Of a stretch of DNA of 64,000 bases, positions 12,701 through 23,989 are shown in pieces. A program made the translations under genes and the position numbers. The notes below the pieces were generated by a model that was not told where the DNA came from, searched no databases, and saw only the letters and a list, made by a program, of their open reading frames with translations. Source of the stretch: Paraspadella gotoi (Eukaryota; Animalia; Chaetognatha); assembly GCA_051294375.1 (NCBI GenBank), contig CM119263.1:4786360-4850359 (forward strand). Direction: 5' to 3'. Position 1 is the stretch's first letter, and the number at the start of each line of letters is the position of its first letter.

Positions 12701-13751
12701 TCGTCGTTTCCGTCTTAGCTGTGGTTTTTATGACCCATTAACCGCGAACATAATTGTCACAATGACAATAATCGTGTTAGTCGCTGTCATAATCGTCATT
12801 TAAATCTTTTTTTTTCAAAGATCATCGCCCATCTGTCATTATTTTGTCATTTCTAACTCCGAATGTCATCGCTTCTCCATCATTATTTTGTCATCTTAAT
12901 ATCCGCTGACTTTGAAGCTCGAAAAAGTTCAATGTNNNNNNNNNNNNNNNNNNNNNNNNNNNNNNNNNNNNNNNNNNNNNNNNNNNNNNNNNNNNNNNNN
13001 NNNNNNNNNNNNNNNNNNNNNNNNNNNNNNNNNNNNNNNNNNNNNNNNNNNNNNNNNNNNNNNNNNNNNNNNNNNNNNNNNNNNNNNNNNNNNNNNNNNN
13101 NNNNNNNNNNNNNNNTTCTCATTTGACTCGTCGCCATCTTGGTCGTCGTCGTCGTATTTGACGTCATAGTCCTTGTCGTTCTTGTCATCGTCATCGCTGT
13201 CGTTGTTATTATTCAATTCGTCCATTTTTCATTGTATTTGTTGTTGTTATCCTCGTTTTTGTCATCGTCGTTGTTGTCATTAAATCCGATTTGTTCATCG
13301 TCGTCGTATTGTTGTTTTTATCACCGATGTATTCGATATAGTCGTTATCCCAGTCGTCGTCATCGTCTTCGTCACAACCGTTATCGTCGTTGTCGTTTTC
13401 ATCATGGTCGTTATCATCTTTCTTAACCTCGTCATTGTCGTCGTTATCATAGTCATCGTCGTCCTCATCGTCGTTATCGTCTTCGTCATCATCGTCGNNN
13501 NNNNNNNNNNNNNNNNNNNNNNNNNNNNNNNNNNNNNNNNNNNNNNNNNNNNNNNNNNNNNNNNNNNNNNNNNNNNNNNNNNNNNNNNNNNNNNNNNNNN
13601 NNNNNNNNNNNNNNNNNNNNNNNNNNNNNNNNNNNNNNNNNNNNNNNNNNNNNNNNNNNNNNNNNNNNTCTCTCTCTCCCACCGAACGGAACCCCTTTTT
13701 TGTTTACCATTTGTTTACATTCCCTTCGCGAACGTGATTCCTGTCGCGCGG

Positions 13752-13801
13752 TTCCATGTCACGTGACTTCCGGTCCCCCCCTCCGGCGTCACGTGATGGA
13801 A
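13752..13801. promoter_or_regulatory. Paired GTCACGTGA E-boxes plus ETS-like ACTTCCGG in an imperfect inverted repeat
   Basis: Reads ttccatGTCACGTGACttccgg...ccggcGTCACGTGAtggaa. A second, noisier copy is at about 16442-16495. Confidence 0.4.
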
Positions 13802-14138
13802 TATTTTTTCGCGGTTCCATTTTTCGATCTGGTTCGAGTCCGTCGGTTTTTTTTGTTTTTCCTTTCGTTTTGTTTGTTTTTTTTTTCTCTCTCTCTCTCT
13901 CTTCTGTTTTTTTCGAGATGAAAAATTATTTTTGTTTACTCGATCACATTTTCGCTTCGTTCGTGTTCAAACTCCCGATAGAACTCACAACGACAACAAC
14001 AACAACGTGAAAATCTACAACAGCAACTGGCCTCCCTCGAGGCAAAACGCGAAGAGACGAATGATGAGGATATACGGACGACGACGACGACGACGACGAC
14101 GACAACGATTAATATTTTCAGCTTCGCTTTTTACTCAC

Positions 14139-14216
14139 CAGGTGGTTGAGGCTTTCTGGTCGCCCAGTTGGTTCTGATTTGTCTATTGCATATAACTTGC
14201 CCGTTCATGCCTTGAA
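14139..14216 (-). CDS. TIAL1: TIA1/TIAL1-family exon encoding the end of RRM2 (5' end lost in the 25-N gap)
   Basis: The minus strand gives (I)[25 protein letters not shown] followed by G|gtgagt. TIA1 has [26 protein letters not shown]. The exon is truncated by the gap at 14217-14241. Confidence 0.92.
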
Positions 14217-14458
14217 NNNNNNNNNNNNNNNNNNNNNNNNNTCGTTCCTTTTCTCACTCTCTCTGGTTCACTTTACTTTTTTTCACTCAGAAATCCTTCT
14301 CTTAACTCGCATTCCAAAACTAACAAAAATAACTTTTACTACGCGAGAAGGAAAAAAGTAAAGAAAAAAAATTATAAAAAAGGGGCATTGTGTTGGTGTG
14401 TGCCTTAGCTAAGAAATTTCTAAATGGTGACCCCTTTAGAGTGTCAGACCGCATCATG

Positions 14459-14546
<88 letters not shown>

Positions 14547-17305
14547 ATCTTTTCGGCTTTGGATAAAAACGGGTTTATTGAAAGAAAAAGTGGTTGCTAA
14601 AAATTTTTTCACGCTTTTTCATTAATATTATTTTTTTTTTTTCTTTTTTTTGGTTGCGCTGTGCGTTTTTTCCTGTGTAATAATAGTAATAATAATGGGG
14701 AGACATTTGAATGAAACAAAAAAGGATAAAACCCATAAAAAAACCTTCGGTGAATAAAATAATCTATTAATAGGCAGTTACCGCTTTCTCGCGCTCTTTA
14801 ATCTCGTTATCGTCACCCCTCTCTCTCTTTCCTCATCTCTCTCGTCTCTCCGTCACTTCCCCTCCCTCCTTCTCTCTCTCTCGGTCTCTCGTCATGCTCT
14901 CCTCTTCTTCACTCTCTCTCTCTCTCTGCTCATCTCATTTTTAATTTTTCGCTCACTCTCTCCTCTCGCTAAATCTTATTTTGCGTTTCTTGTCCAAAGA
15001 AAATGGGCCATCTTTGTTCGCACATCTTTTTTCTTACGGACCGACATGTTCCAGATAAGAAGGAAGAAAATAGACAGAAATATGGAAAGAAAAAAGAAAG
15101 AAAAAAAGAAAGAAAAGAAATAAAGAAAGAACGAAAGAAAGAAAGAAAGAAAAGAAAGAAAGAAAGAAAGAAAGAAAGAAAAGAATCGAGAGAGAGAAAA
15201 AAATAGAGACAGAGAGACAAGAGAGTGGGGCGGGCAAAATCGCGCCTGGGTTTTCCCTCTGCTCATACGCAAAAATCTCTCCTGCGGGTGAAGGCAAAGC
15301 AAAGAATTTAAATAAATATGCGGGTCGTCGCTCGTCAGTTTTGTGTCGTCGTCGTCATTGTCGACGTCGTCGTCGTAGTCGTCTTTTTCCGTCTTAGGCT
15401 GGTGGTTTTTAATGACGGCCATTAACCGCAGAACGGGATAAATTGTACACAATGAATCAATAATCGCGGTCGTTTATGTTACCGCTCGTGCAATAAGATC
15501 GAATGAGGCCATTTAAATGCTTATGTTTTTTTCTCAACAAAAGTCATCAGCCGCATCTGTCATTATTTTTGTCACGCTCTAACTCCGAGTGTAGACATCA
15601 CTGTTCTCTATCATTGAGTTTTTTCATATTTAATATCCGCTGGAACTTTGAAGCTCGAGAAAAGTTCAATGTGCTATTTTAGCTTCGTCGTTATAGACGA
15701 TTTCAGCGATTTGACCGTTATTCCCTGCATTTGACTCGTCGCCATCTTGGTCGTCGTCAGTCGTCGTCGTCGTCGTCATACGTCCGTCGTAGTCGTCGTC
15801 GATCGTCGTATTTGACGTCATAAAATACCTTGTTCGTTCTTTGTGTCATCAGTCATCGCTGTCATGTGTTAATTATTCAATTAGTTCCATTGGATTTCAA
15901 TTGTATTTGTTGTTGTTATCCCTCGTTTTTGTCATCGATCGTTGTTGTCATTAACATCGCGATTTGTTCATAGCGTCGTCGTATTGTTGTTTTTATCACG
16001 CAGATGTATTCGATATAGTCGTTATCCCAAGTCGTCGTCATCGTCTTCGTCCACAACCGTTATCGTCGTTTCGTTTATCATCATGGTGCGATATATCATC
16101 TTTCTTTAACCTCGTCATTGTCGCCGTTAATCATTAGTCATCCGTCGTCCTCAATCGTCGTTATCGTCTTCGTCATCATCGTCGTCGTCGTCGGGTCGTT
16201 TCAATCGGAGGGGAAAAGGAAAACGACGATAATGACAAAGATTGACAGCGTCGCAGCCTTTCTCTGCTCTCTCTCTTCATCATGCATCTCTCCGTCTGCC
16301 TCTCTCATCTCTCTCGATCTCTCTCTGCGTTATCTCTCTAGGCTGCTCTGCTCTCTTCTCTCCGGCCCGAAACGGAACGCGCCTTTTGTTTACCAATATT
16401 GGTTTAGCATTCTCGCGAACGTGAATTCCTTGTCGCGCGGATTCCATGTGCAGCGTGACTTCCGGTCCCCATCCCTCCGGCGTCACGTGATGGAAATATT
16501 TTTTCCGCGGTTCCATTTTTCGATATGGTTCGAGTCCGTCGGTTTTTTATTTGTTGTTTTGCCTTTCGTTTTGTTGTGTTTTTTTTCTCCATCTGCATCT
16601 CTCTCTTCTGTTTTTTTCGGAGATGAAAAATTATTTTTTTTGATTTACTCGATCACATTTTCAGCTTCGTTGCGTGTTCAGAACTACCGCGATAAGAAAC
16701 TCACAAACGACAACAACAACAACGTGGAAAAATCTGCAACAGCAGACTAAAAGAGTAAGAGTGAAAATATGAAAAAGGAAAGCAAAAGAAAGAGAGAGAA
16801 GAAAGAGAAAGAGAGAAGTAAAAATAATAAAGTAAAATAGAAAACTTTGGTACTTTGTTACTCAATAACTCGAAACGTGATAGATTTTCTCTCTTTTGAT
16901 TTTGAGGCAAATATCCAAATAAAATGTGAGTAATATTACGAATCAATATATGAAATTGGTACAACCAATATAAAAATTATCCATTCATTTAATAAATAAG
17001 CTATCTTGCCCCTGACTTTGGACAGGCTTTGGTGGTTTAAGGCCTCCATCACTCTTACAAGATAATGACATAGCAGGTCCCTGCAAGCTTTCAATCAAGA
17101 CTCTCTCACAGTCTCGTTTATTCACTCCCAGAGTACCTGGCTTCCCTATCAATGAAGTGGTATAATATTATATATATACATACAATACAAAATATCCACA
17201 TACAATAATAATAATAGTAATAATACATATACGAAAAAGAAACTCGATAAAATCTAGTTAATATCCTGTGCCGAATTCGTATGAGAAAGTCATTACTTTT
17301 AAGTC

Positions 17306-18369
17306 ATGGACGCCATTTCACTCTCTTCGTTCCAAAACGAACTCCGATGATTGTAACACGAATAATTCGAAATTTACTTACGCTCATAACTACTCCTCCC
17401 CCCCCACAACTCTTGTGAAATTCACAGGCGTCAAATATTAAAACCAGAAAATAAATTCTCACAGGTTTTTTTCGTTTTCTAAATCAAAATCAAAATCAAA
17501 ATCAAACTAAAAGAGACGTTTAACTTTAACCCTTCCAGTTTCTAATTACACTTTGCCATCAAACTAGAAACAATTTAGCGTCATAAGATCTTAAAACATA
17601 AGATGATTAACCGTTTCATTCTTTCACAACTTCTCTCACAAGTAAAACAGATAACTTTCATCACCCTTGCATCCTCTTCGTTTTTATCCCGGGCTTGGTA
17701 AAAAAACCGTCACCCCTGGCTTGAAAAGACGTTCATTAAAAAAACGAGTTTTTTAATGCGAATCTGAGGACGAAGACTTTGAAGAAAATGAAAAGTCATT
17801 TTCTAAGAAGCGGTGACGCTAGTCGAGTGAGATCTCAAAACAGTCGACTGAGAAGTTACAACAGTCGAGTGAGAAGCGCCACAGTCGAGTGAGAAGCGCC
17901 ACAGTCGACTGAGATGTCACTACCGTCGAGTTAGATGTTTTTCAAGTCGAGTGAGATGTCGAAATACAAAACATTAAACTCATTACAGTCGATTGTATCA
18001 CCATTGCTGATAACGATGTCAATAAAGATGTCATTCATGACATGGAGAAGAAATGTCATGGATATCACAAAAAATAATCTCACTGACAAAGAGGTTCTCG
18101 ATATCTTTGCTGAATCAATCAATTCTGATTACTGATAACAAAAATAGGAACGACGTCACTGCCTCCTGGCGACCATCACCACTGGATGCCATCAGGGCGT
18201 GATAACTTTGCCACTAGGACCGTGCCACCATCCACCGCCGCGGCGTTGTCACATTCACGCGGCGTCGTTTCCGGCGTCTACGTCAGCGGCGTCACTTTCA
18301 CAATCGGCATCGTCAAGTGATCCCGTTATTCGATATCGTCTCACTGTGACTCGTCGTGAGAGGAAGTGA
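17306..18369 (+). pseudogene. Intronless degenerate ORF (about 350 codons) with a 7-aa QSSE-type repeat
   Basis: Starts at gtcATGG 17306. Frameshifted segments are HPLRFYPGLGKKTVTPGLKRRSLKKRVF, ESEDEDFEENEKSF, SSEISKQSTEKLQQSSEK, VMDITKNNLTDKEVLDIFAESINSDY and SSSDPVIRYRLTVTRRERK*. Several stops and indels interrupt it. Confidence 0.35.
17821..17960 (+). repeat. 20-21 bp minisatellite, about 7 copies (agtcgagtgagaagcgccac-like)
   Basis: Tandem units agtcga(g/c)tgaga... are directly visible. Confidence 0.9.
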
Positions 18370-18464
18370 ATGAGAGGTCACACAGTCACGAGGTTTCTCA
18401 GGTCGTCCCTTTTTATTGTGAGACAGGAACAACAACGACAACAAAACCATAGCAAAGAAAGTTG

Positions 18465-18536
<72 letters not shown>

Positions 18537-18933
18537 CATCCTCAGAGCTGAAACATTTCTCATGGCATCTTTTAATTAATCGAAACAACATTAAACCCGA
18601 GACAAGATCTTGCGACGGAAAAATCTCTCTCTCCTCTCTCTCTCTCTCTCTCCTCTCTCTTCTCTCTCTCTTCCTCTCTCCTCTCTCTTCATCTCTCTCT
18701 CCTCTCTCTACCTTCCACTCTCCACTTCCTTCTCTCTTCTCTCGTCTCCAAAAGGCATAAAAGAGCGATTAAAAAGCCGAAGGGAGAGAAACCAGTTGTT
18801 GTCTGGAGAATAGAGAAGTGAGAAGAAGGGAGTCTATTGATCGAATATTAGCGAAGGGATTATTTTCTTAGACGAGGCATTTATTTAATTTTTTTATTAC
18901 TATTTACTTATTCGTTAAAAGAGAGAGACTCAC

Positions 18934-19009
18934 CAATTTGCTTTCGAAGGAGACGAAGCCATATCCTTTGCTCTTCCCAGTCGCCGGATCCCGTAAAACT
19001 CGGCAATCC
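18934..19009 (-). CDS. TIAL1: TIA1/TIAL1-family exon encoding the RRM2 RNP1 motif
   Basis: The minus strand reads tcttttcttattttcag|G GAT TGC CGA...AAA TTG|gtgagt. This 76-nt exon gives [25 protein letters not shown] versus TIA1 [25 protein letters not shown]. Acceptor and donor are perfect, and AC+G gives in-frame Thr with the previous exon. Confidence 0.93.
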
Positions 19010-20019
19010 CTGAAAATAAGAAAAGACAATTTAATTTATAAAAGCGACAACCGATCATTTTATTATTTATTTTTGGCAATGACGATTAAAAAAAAAATAT
19101 TTCAAAAAAAGTATCTTTTTTTAGATTAAACAAAATTAGAATTTAAAAAGTATGGTTTAGAAGTAAAAAGGTTTCAAAAGTTAAACAAAGCTGAAGTATT
19201 TAAAAAGCAAAGGTGAACTTAAGTCATTTTTTTTTTAAATTTTGTCAAAAACTTTTTTATTTTGATCTTCGAATTGAAGACAATTATTATGACCTCTTCC
19301 GATAAATTGAACTGAAAATAATTTAAAGAAAACAACATTTGTAACTTTTTCAAGGAATTAAATATAATGATATTGAATGAAATGAATTAAAATAGAAACA
19401 AAAAAGTTAAATGCCCAAGAAGGCGATGAAATGAAATTAAACACAAGAAAATAATATGAACAGCTGGCTGGATTTAATTTTAAAAACAAAAAAAGTATTG
19501 TAAGCTAATTAATTTAGCATTAGTTGAATGAAAAACCATTTTTCCCCCCCATCTCGTTTGAATTTGACGCTTTAAATTTGGAACAACAAGATACAGAGAA
19601 GGAGAACGGATGAGAACAGGAGGAAGAACGAAATAAAGGATGAGAAAAGGATAAAAGGAACTAAGAGTGATGTGTATGTTCCACACTTTGTAAACGATGT
19701 TTAGCGCTAAAACGAAATGACGACTTGAAGGAAATAGAAAGAGAGAATTAAAGTAAAACGGAAAAGAAAACTAAAGGTAATCGTGGATAAGAAGATAAGC
19801 TGAAGACTAAGGAAAAGGGAAACTAAATAGATAGGGAAAAGGAAAAGAAAGGGAAAATGAAAAGAAACGAAAAAAAGAGAAAGAAAAATTGAAGGCAAAA
19901 AGGGAAAGTCAGGGCAAAGGAAATAAAAAGAAAAAAAGTACAAGTGATTCAAATGTGTTCCGCCATCTTTGTCTTCTTCCACCGTTTCCATCTCATCCCG
20001 AGGCAAACCCATCCCGTCT

Positions 20020-20200
20020 TGATCACCCTTCTGTTCCCATCTCTGTCCCCATCTTTATCCCCATCTCTTTCCCTATCTCTGTTCCATCTCTTTCCCTAAC
20101 TCATTTCCCATCTCTGTCCCCTTCTCTATCCCTATCTCTGTTCCAATCTCTGTCCACATCTTTTTTTCCATCTCTATCCCCATCTCTTTCCCCATCTCTC
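20020..20200 (+). repeat. 12-bp minisatellite (ccatctctgtcc-like)
   Basis: Degenerate tandem units produce the PSLS pattern in the ORF track. Confidence 0.8.
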
Positions 20201-20251
20201 CCCCCCCAAATCCGCCTTCCCTCTTCCCCACCCATCGCCTCTCCTACCCAG

Positions 20252-20328
20252 CCGCTGCAGAACCGGAGATCAAGGCCGCGTTTTGAAAGGCCAATCGCCG
20301 GAGGTCATAAAAGGCCAACGGACGGGAG
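20252..20328 (+). CDS. Putative 77-nt internal exon
   Basis: Reads ctctcctacccag|...GGAG|gtaaga with strong splice sites. Two frames are open, so the frame is unresolved. Confidence 0.35.
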
Positions 20329-20988
20329 GTAAGAGAGGAAAAAGAGGGTTGGGTCATTGGGAAGGGTAAGTTCGGTTTGACCGATCGTGGATGAGGTGAG
20401 AGATGTGATTTGAGGCTCTGACGGGTCGGTGAGATTTTCGAGAGTGAATGAGTGATCACGACGCGCGATTGTGATTGTGATTGTTAGTCTTAAAAGAGAT
20501 CTCACAAAAGAAAAAGAATTAAGGCGGGAAAAAAGAATGAATTTTTGAAAGCACTGATGTCATGGGACGAATCTAAACATGAAACTTAATTTGGAATCTT
20601 ACCATGGAATATTAACATAAAATCTTAACATGGACGGAAAAATAAGAAAATGTGGAAAATATTAAAGGACAGAGAGACAAACAGACAGATCGAGACACGT
20701 CCCAATCAAAGGTAAATACGGATGTAGACTGAAAAAAAGACAATCTGTGCAGACAAAATGATAGACGGGCTCACGAACAGACACAGACAGACAGACAACC
20801 AGAAAGGAAGATGAATTTTGAATTATGAATTGTTTTCATCATTTCCTGAATCATGCCAATCTTTGAATTTACTAATAATATATCTATTTTCTCCTCTCGT
20901 CACTCCTCTCAATGCTCTCTGCTCTCAGCTCTTCTGTGCTCGCCTTCTCTTGACAACGACTTCTCTCTCTCTCGTCTCTCTCTCTCTC

Positions 20989-21019
<31 letters not shown>

Positions 21020-21026
21020 TGCTCAG

Positions 21027-21975
21027 ATTAGTGAATCTGGAATCCTCTGAATCTCCGATTATCCGATTCGCGATAATAACGGAATTTCGCTCCGCGGAAA
21101 AGACAAGCGACAATTAACGTTTCATCGCTCAAATCTAAGGACGGAGAACGAGCGACGAACGAAGCGACGATGCACGACTAGGATGACGACGACGACGACG
21201 AAAGTGTGGAAAAATCTCAATACCCGAAGCGGAAGACGACGACGTTGGAGAAGACGACGGAGAGAGCAATGTTGACACGACGACGATAAAATATGAGAAA
21301 GCAACGATTGTATATATTTAACATTATGCGCGTTAATATCGTCAAACGATGACGGCCAAACGACAAAATACGACGACAAACGACTAACTAAGAAGACACG
21401 ACGACTATCGACGACAAATTTCCAATTTAAGTTTCCATAAAATCATCGAGAAAGACCACGAGAGAGATGAACATCAAGAGGAAAGGAAGGCAGAAATCGC
21501 GACATCGTCGTTGAACGTTGAAGATGGAGGCTACAAAAAGTCCACTTGTGGAGATTGGGAGAAAACGACGACGACGAACGACGACGACACAACAGAACAA
21601 CAACGACATCGAACACAACACACGACGACAATTCTGCGAAACTCTCGAACGTATGACGTCGGTAAAAACTAATTAACCGCGATGGCAATCGACAGTAAAA
21701 AATGCCGCGTGACGAAAGATGCATCGACTGTATTCGCCGCAAACGACGTCGCCCCGACGCCGTTCCGACGCCGCCCTCGGGTCCCAACGCCGGCCACGAC
21801 GACGCCAACGACGCCGCTCGCACCCACCAAAGAGCGCCGGGGTCTCGGCGTCGCCGACTGTAAAACCCCGACGGCGACAACAACGCCGGATATAAAACCC
21901 GCGACGCCAGACGCCGTTCGTATCGCGCTGCCGCAAGCCGCAGCCGCAGCCGCAGCCGCAGCCCCCCCGGGGGAA
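21027..21975 (+). CDS. Putative large low-complexity exon (acidic, Thr/Pro-rich, poly-Ala), error-degraded
   Basis: A polypyrimidine tract and gctcag precede 21027. Segments are PEAEDDDVGEDDGESNV, RRQISNLSFHKIIEKDHERDEHQEERKAE and MAIDSKKCRV...PQAAAAAAAAAPP. The last two share a frame with one TAA between them. Confidence 0.35.
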
Positions 21976-22412
21976 TTTTCGGGTTTTTACGGACGACTTT
22001 GCGTTTACAGCGAAAAGATCATCGGAAGAGGAAGGGAGTGGAGGGAGGGGAATGGGGAAAGGGGATGGGGGAGAGGGGAGAGAGAGGAAAGGGTGAGAAA
22101 GAATGGAGGGGAGAAAGAGGGAAGGGGGGAGGGGGAGGGAGAGAGGAAAGGGTGAGAAAGAAAGGGAGGAGAGGAAAGCGGGAAGGACAGAGAAAGGAGA
22201 GAGGAAAGGGTTGGGAAGGAGAGAGAAGATAGGAAGGGGGAAGCGGGAGTGTGGTGGAGGAGGTGGGAGGAGATGAGGGAATAAGGGAAGGAGAGGGAGG
22301 AGGAGAGGGAGGAGAGGAGAATGACCGAGAAGGAGGGAAAAGCGCGCGGTGGGCGAAGCGATGATGGTTTTTGGTTTGTATGTTGTTGTTGTTGTCGTCG
22401 TTGTCGTTACAG

Positions 22413-22860
22413 CACGAGTGGGCGAGAGTGGGAGACGTTGGCGCTAATGGCGACCAAAATGGCCGACAGGGTTTCCGGCGACTATCAGAAGGAGGCGTTC
22501 TTTAAAGAAAAGGGCGAGATGTGAAGCATGGCATGACAGGGCATGAAAAAGCAGAGATGTCCCACTTTTCGGGTAGTCTTGGCATGCCGGACGGGTCCGT
22601 GGTTCCCTGCTAAAATTATGGACCGATAGGTGACGCATGACGGACGGACGGATTTAGGGAGGGACGGACCGACGGGTATGACGTCGTGACGCCGTTATGG
22701 GTTCGAGGTCGGAGCTGAATTCCGGCGACGCCGAGTCGTGGAGCGGCGTGGGCGAGACTGGGCTCAGCGGCGCCTCGCGTCTAAATCCTTTGAGAACGCC
22801 GCTTTGAGAAAGATGACAACGACGAAGACGACGACGATGAGGAATGAAGACGATGATGAC
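22413..22860 (+). CDS. PWWP-like (Royal family) domain-coding region, interrupted by in-frame stops
   Basis: After a gttacag| acceptor, a single frame reads EWETLALMATKMADRVSGDYQKEAFFKEK...FRVVLACRTGPWFPAKIMDR...RYGFEVGAEF...LASKSFENAALRKM. This resembles PWWP VWAK.x.GxPWWPAxI and the terminal helix. Stops lie at 22522, 22534, 22627 and 22687. Confidence 0.4.
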
Positions 22861-23345
22861 GATGACAACGACGAGGATGACGTCCACGAAGATGTCGATT
22901 GCGACGACATTGTCAAGTCAAGTCAAGTCAGGATTGCGACATTGTCAAGTCAAGTCAAGTCAAGGTTGCGACGACATTGTCAAGTAAAGTCAAGTCAAGA
23001 TTGCAATGACATTGTCTCATCAAAAAATCGTTGGCTCTGCTAATATGTGCAATTCACTAGTGGCGCCTAGTGGCGGTGCTGGAAGAAGCAGAGCATAGAA
23101 GGGAAGGGTGAGGGAGGGAGAAAAGAAGAGAGAGGATAAAATGTGATCGGGTTTCGTTTTTCCTGAACCGATCTTTCTCCATCTCTCTCTCTCTCTCTCT
23201 TCTCTTCCTTCCTTCTCCTCTCTCCCTCTCNNNNNNNNNNNNNNNNNNNNNNNNNNNNNNNNNNNNNNNNNNNNNNNNNNNNNNNNNNNNNCGCGTCTCA
23301 TTCATTATTCAGACTCGAGAGGGCGAATCCCTCTATCGTTTTCGA

Positions 23346-23397
23346 ATCACGTGACCCTCGCGTCATCCATCGCGGGTCACGTGATCTTTCACGTGAC
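23346..23397. promoter_or_regulatory. Cluster of three TCACGTGA E-boxes in CpG-rich sequence
   Basis: TCACGTGA occurs at 23347, 23377 and 23389 (USF/MiT-TFE-type motif). The first two lie in an inverted repeat. Confidence 0.4.
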
Positions 23398-23727
23398 TCC
23401 GGCGTGACTCTCGAGTGATTTTTCGCGACTCGTGTGAGGCACGCCGGCTTTTTTTTTTAATTTTTAAATCCCACGAGTTAAAGGTTACCTCTTTGTGAAA
23501 GATGCCTTCATATGTGTCCGAGGTTTTTAAATATTGTGATCTGGTATCTCCAAGTAAAAAAAAAATAAATAAATAAATTCATGAATTAATAGAAGTTAGG
23601 TTTGTTTAATAACACTTTGAGTTTTAAACAATTTCATCACGATATATTTCGTCATTTTGATTGTAGCCGCCGCCGACGCCGCCGCCGCCGCCGCCGACGA
23701 CGCCGCCTCTAAGGGTTTTCCCTTAAG

Positions 23728-23785
23728 TTTGATCGGTGGTTGCCATTCGATCCGTGGTTGCCGTTTGATCCTTGGTTGCCATTCG
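23728..23785. repeat. 18-bp tandem repeat, about 3 copies
   Basis: Units are tttgatcggtggttgcca, ttcgatccgtggttgccg and tttgatccttggttgcca. Confidence 0.85.
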
Positions 23786-23919
23786 TGCCATCAGTGTCGA
23801 TGTCACTTCAACCAATCGACATCTGCGCCTCAATTTCGAACCAAAAAAAGAAAATTCCGTTTTTGGCGAAAAAGATTTTTTTTGTTATTGTAAGGCTAAG
23901 TTCCGCTCGGCTTTTTGCT

Positions 23920-23989
<70 letters not shown>

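Larger units (their letters stand above)
10610..16745. repeat. Three overlapping near-copies of one segment (about 10610-12385, 12487-14025, 14540-16745)
   Basis: The same unique sequence recurs with scattered indels, and the copies are separated by 25-N gaps. Confidence 0.85.

Noticed and set aside
13116-13497. Asp/Asn-rich minus-strand ORF suggesting an acidic biomineral protein
   Set aside because: It is a degenerate (GAC/GAT/AAC)n tract with frame breaks and no start, signal peptide or splice sites.
13810-13850. tRNA gene
   Set aside because: There is a B-box only, with no A-box, anticodon arm or cloverleaf.
3113-18369. Integrated large DNA virus genome
   Set aside because: No viral hallmark gene, low coding density and host spliced genes throughout. 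Only isolated orphan frames remain as candidates.
18950-18992. Plus-strand exon DEAISFALPSRRIP
   Set aside because: It is the antisense of the clear TIAR RNP1 exon.
21122-21883. Minus-strand frame of about 250 codons with one TGA, suggesting readthrough or recoding
   Set aside because: The antisense of GAC-rich sequence is naturally stop-poor, and splice signals and composition favour the plus strand.
22413-23043. Alternative genetic code to explain the in-frame stops
   Set aside because: Both TGA and TAG would need reassignment, the TIAR exons give no such sign, and read error is sufficient.
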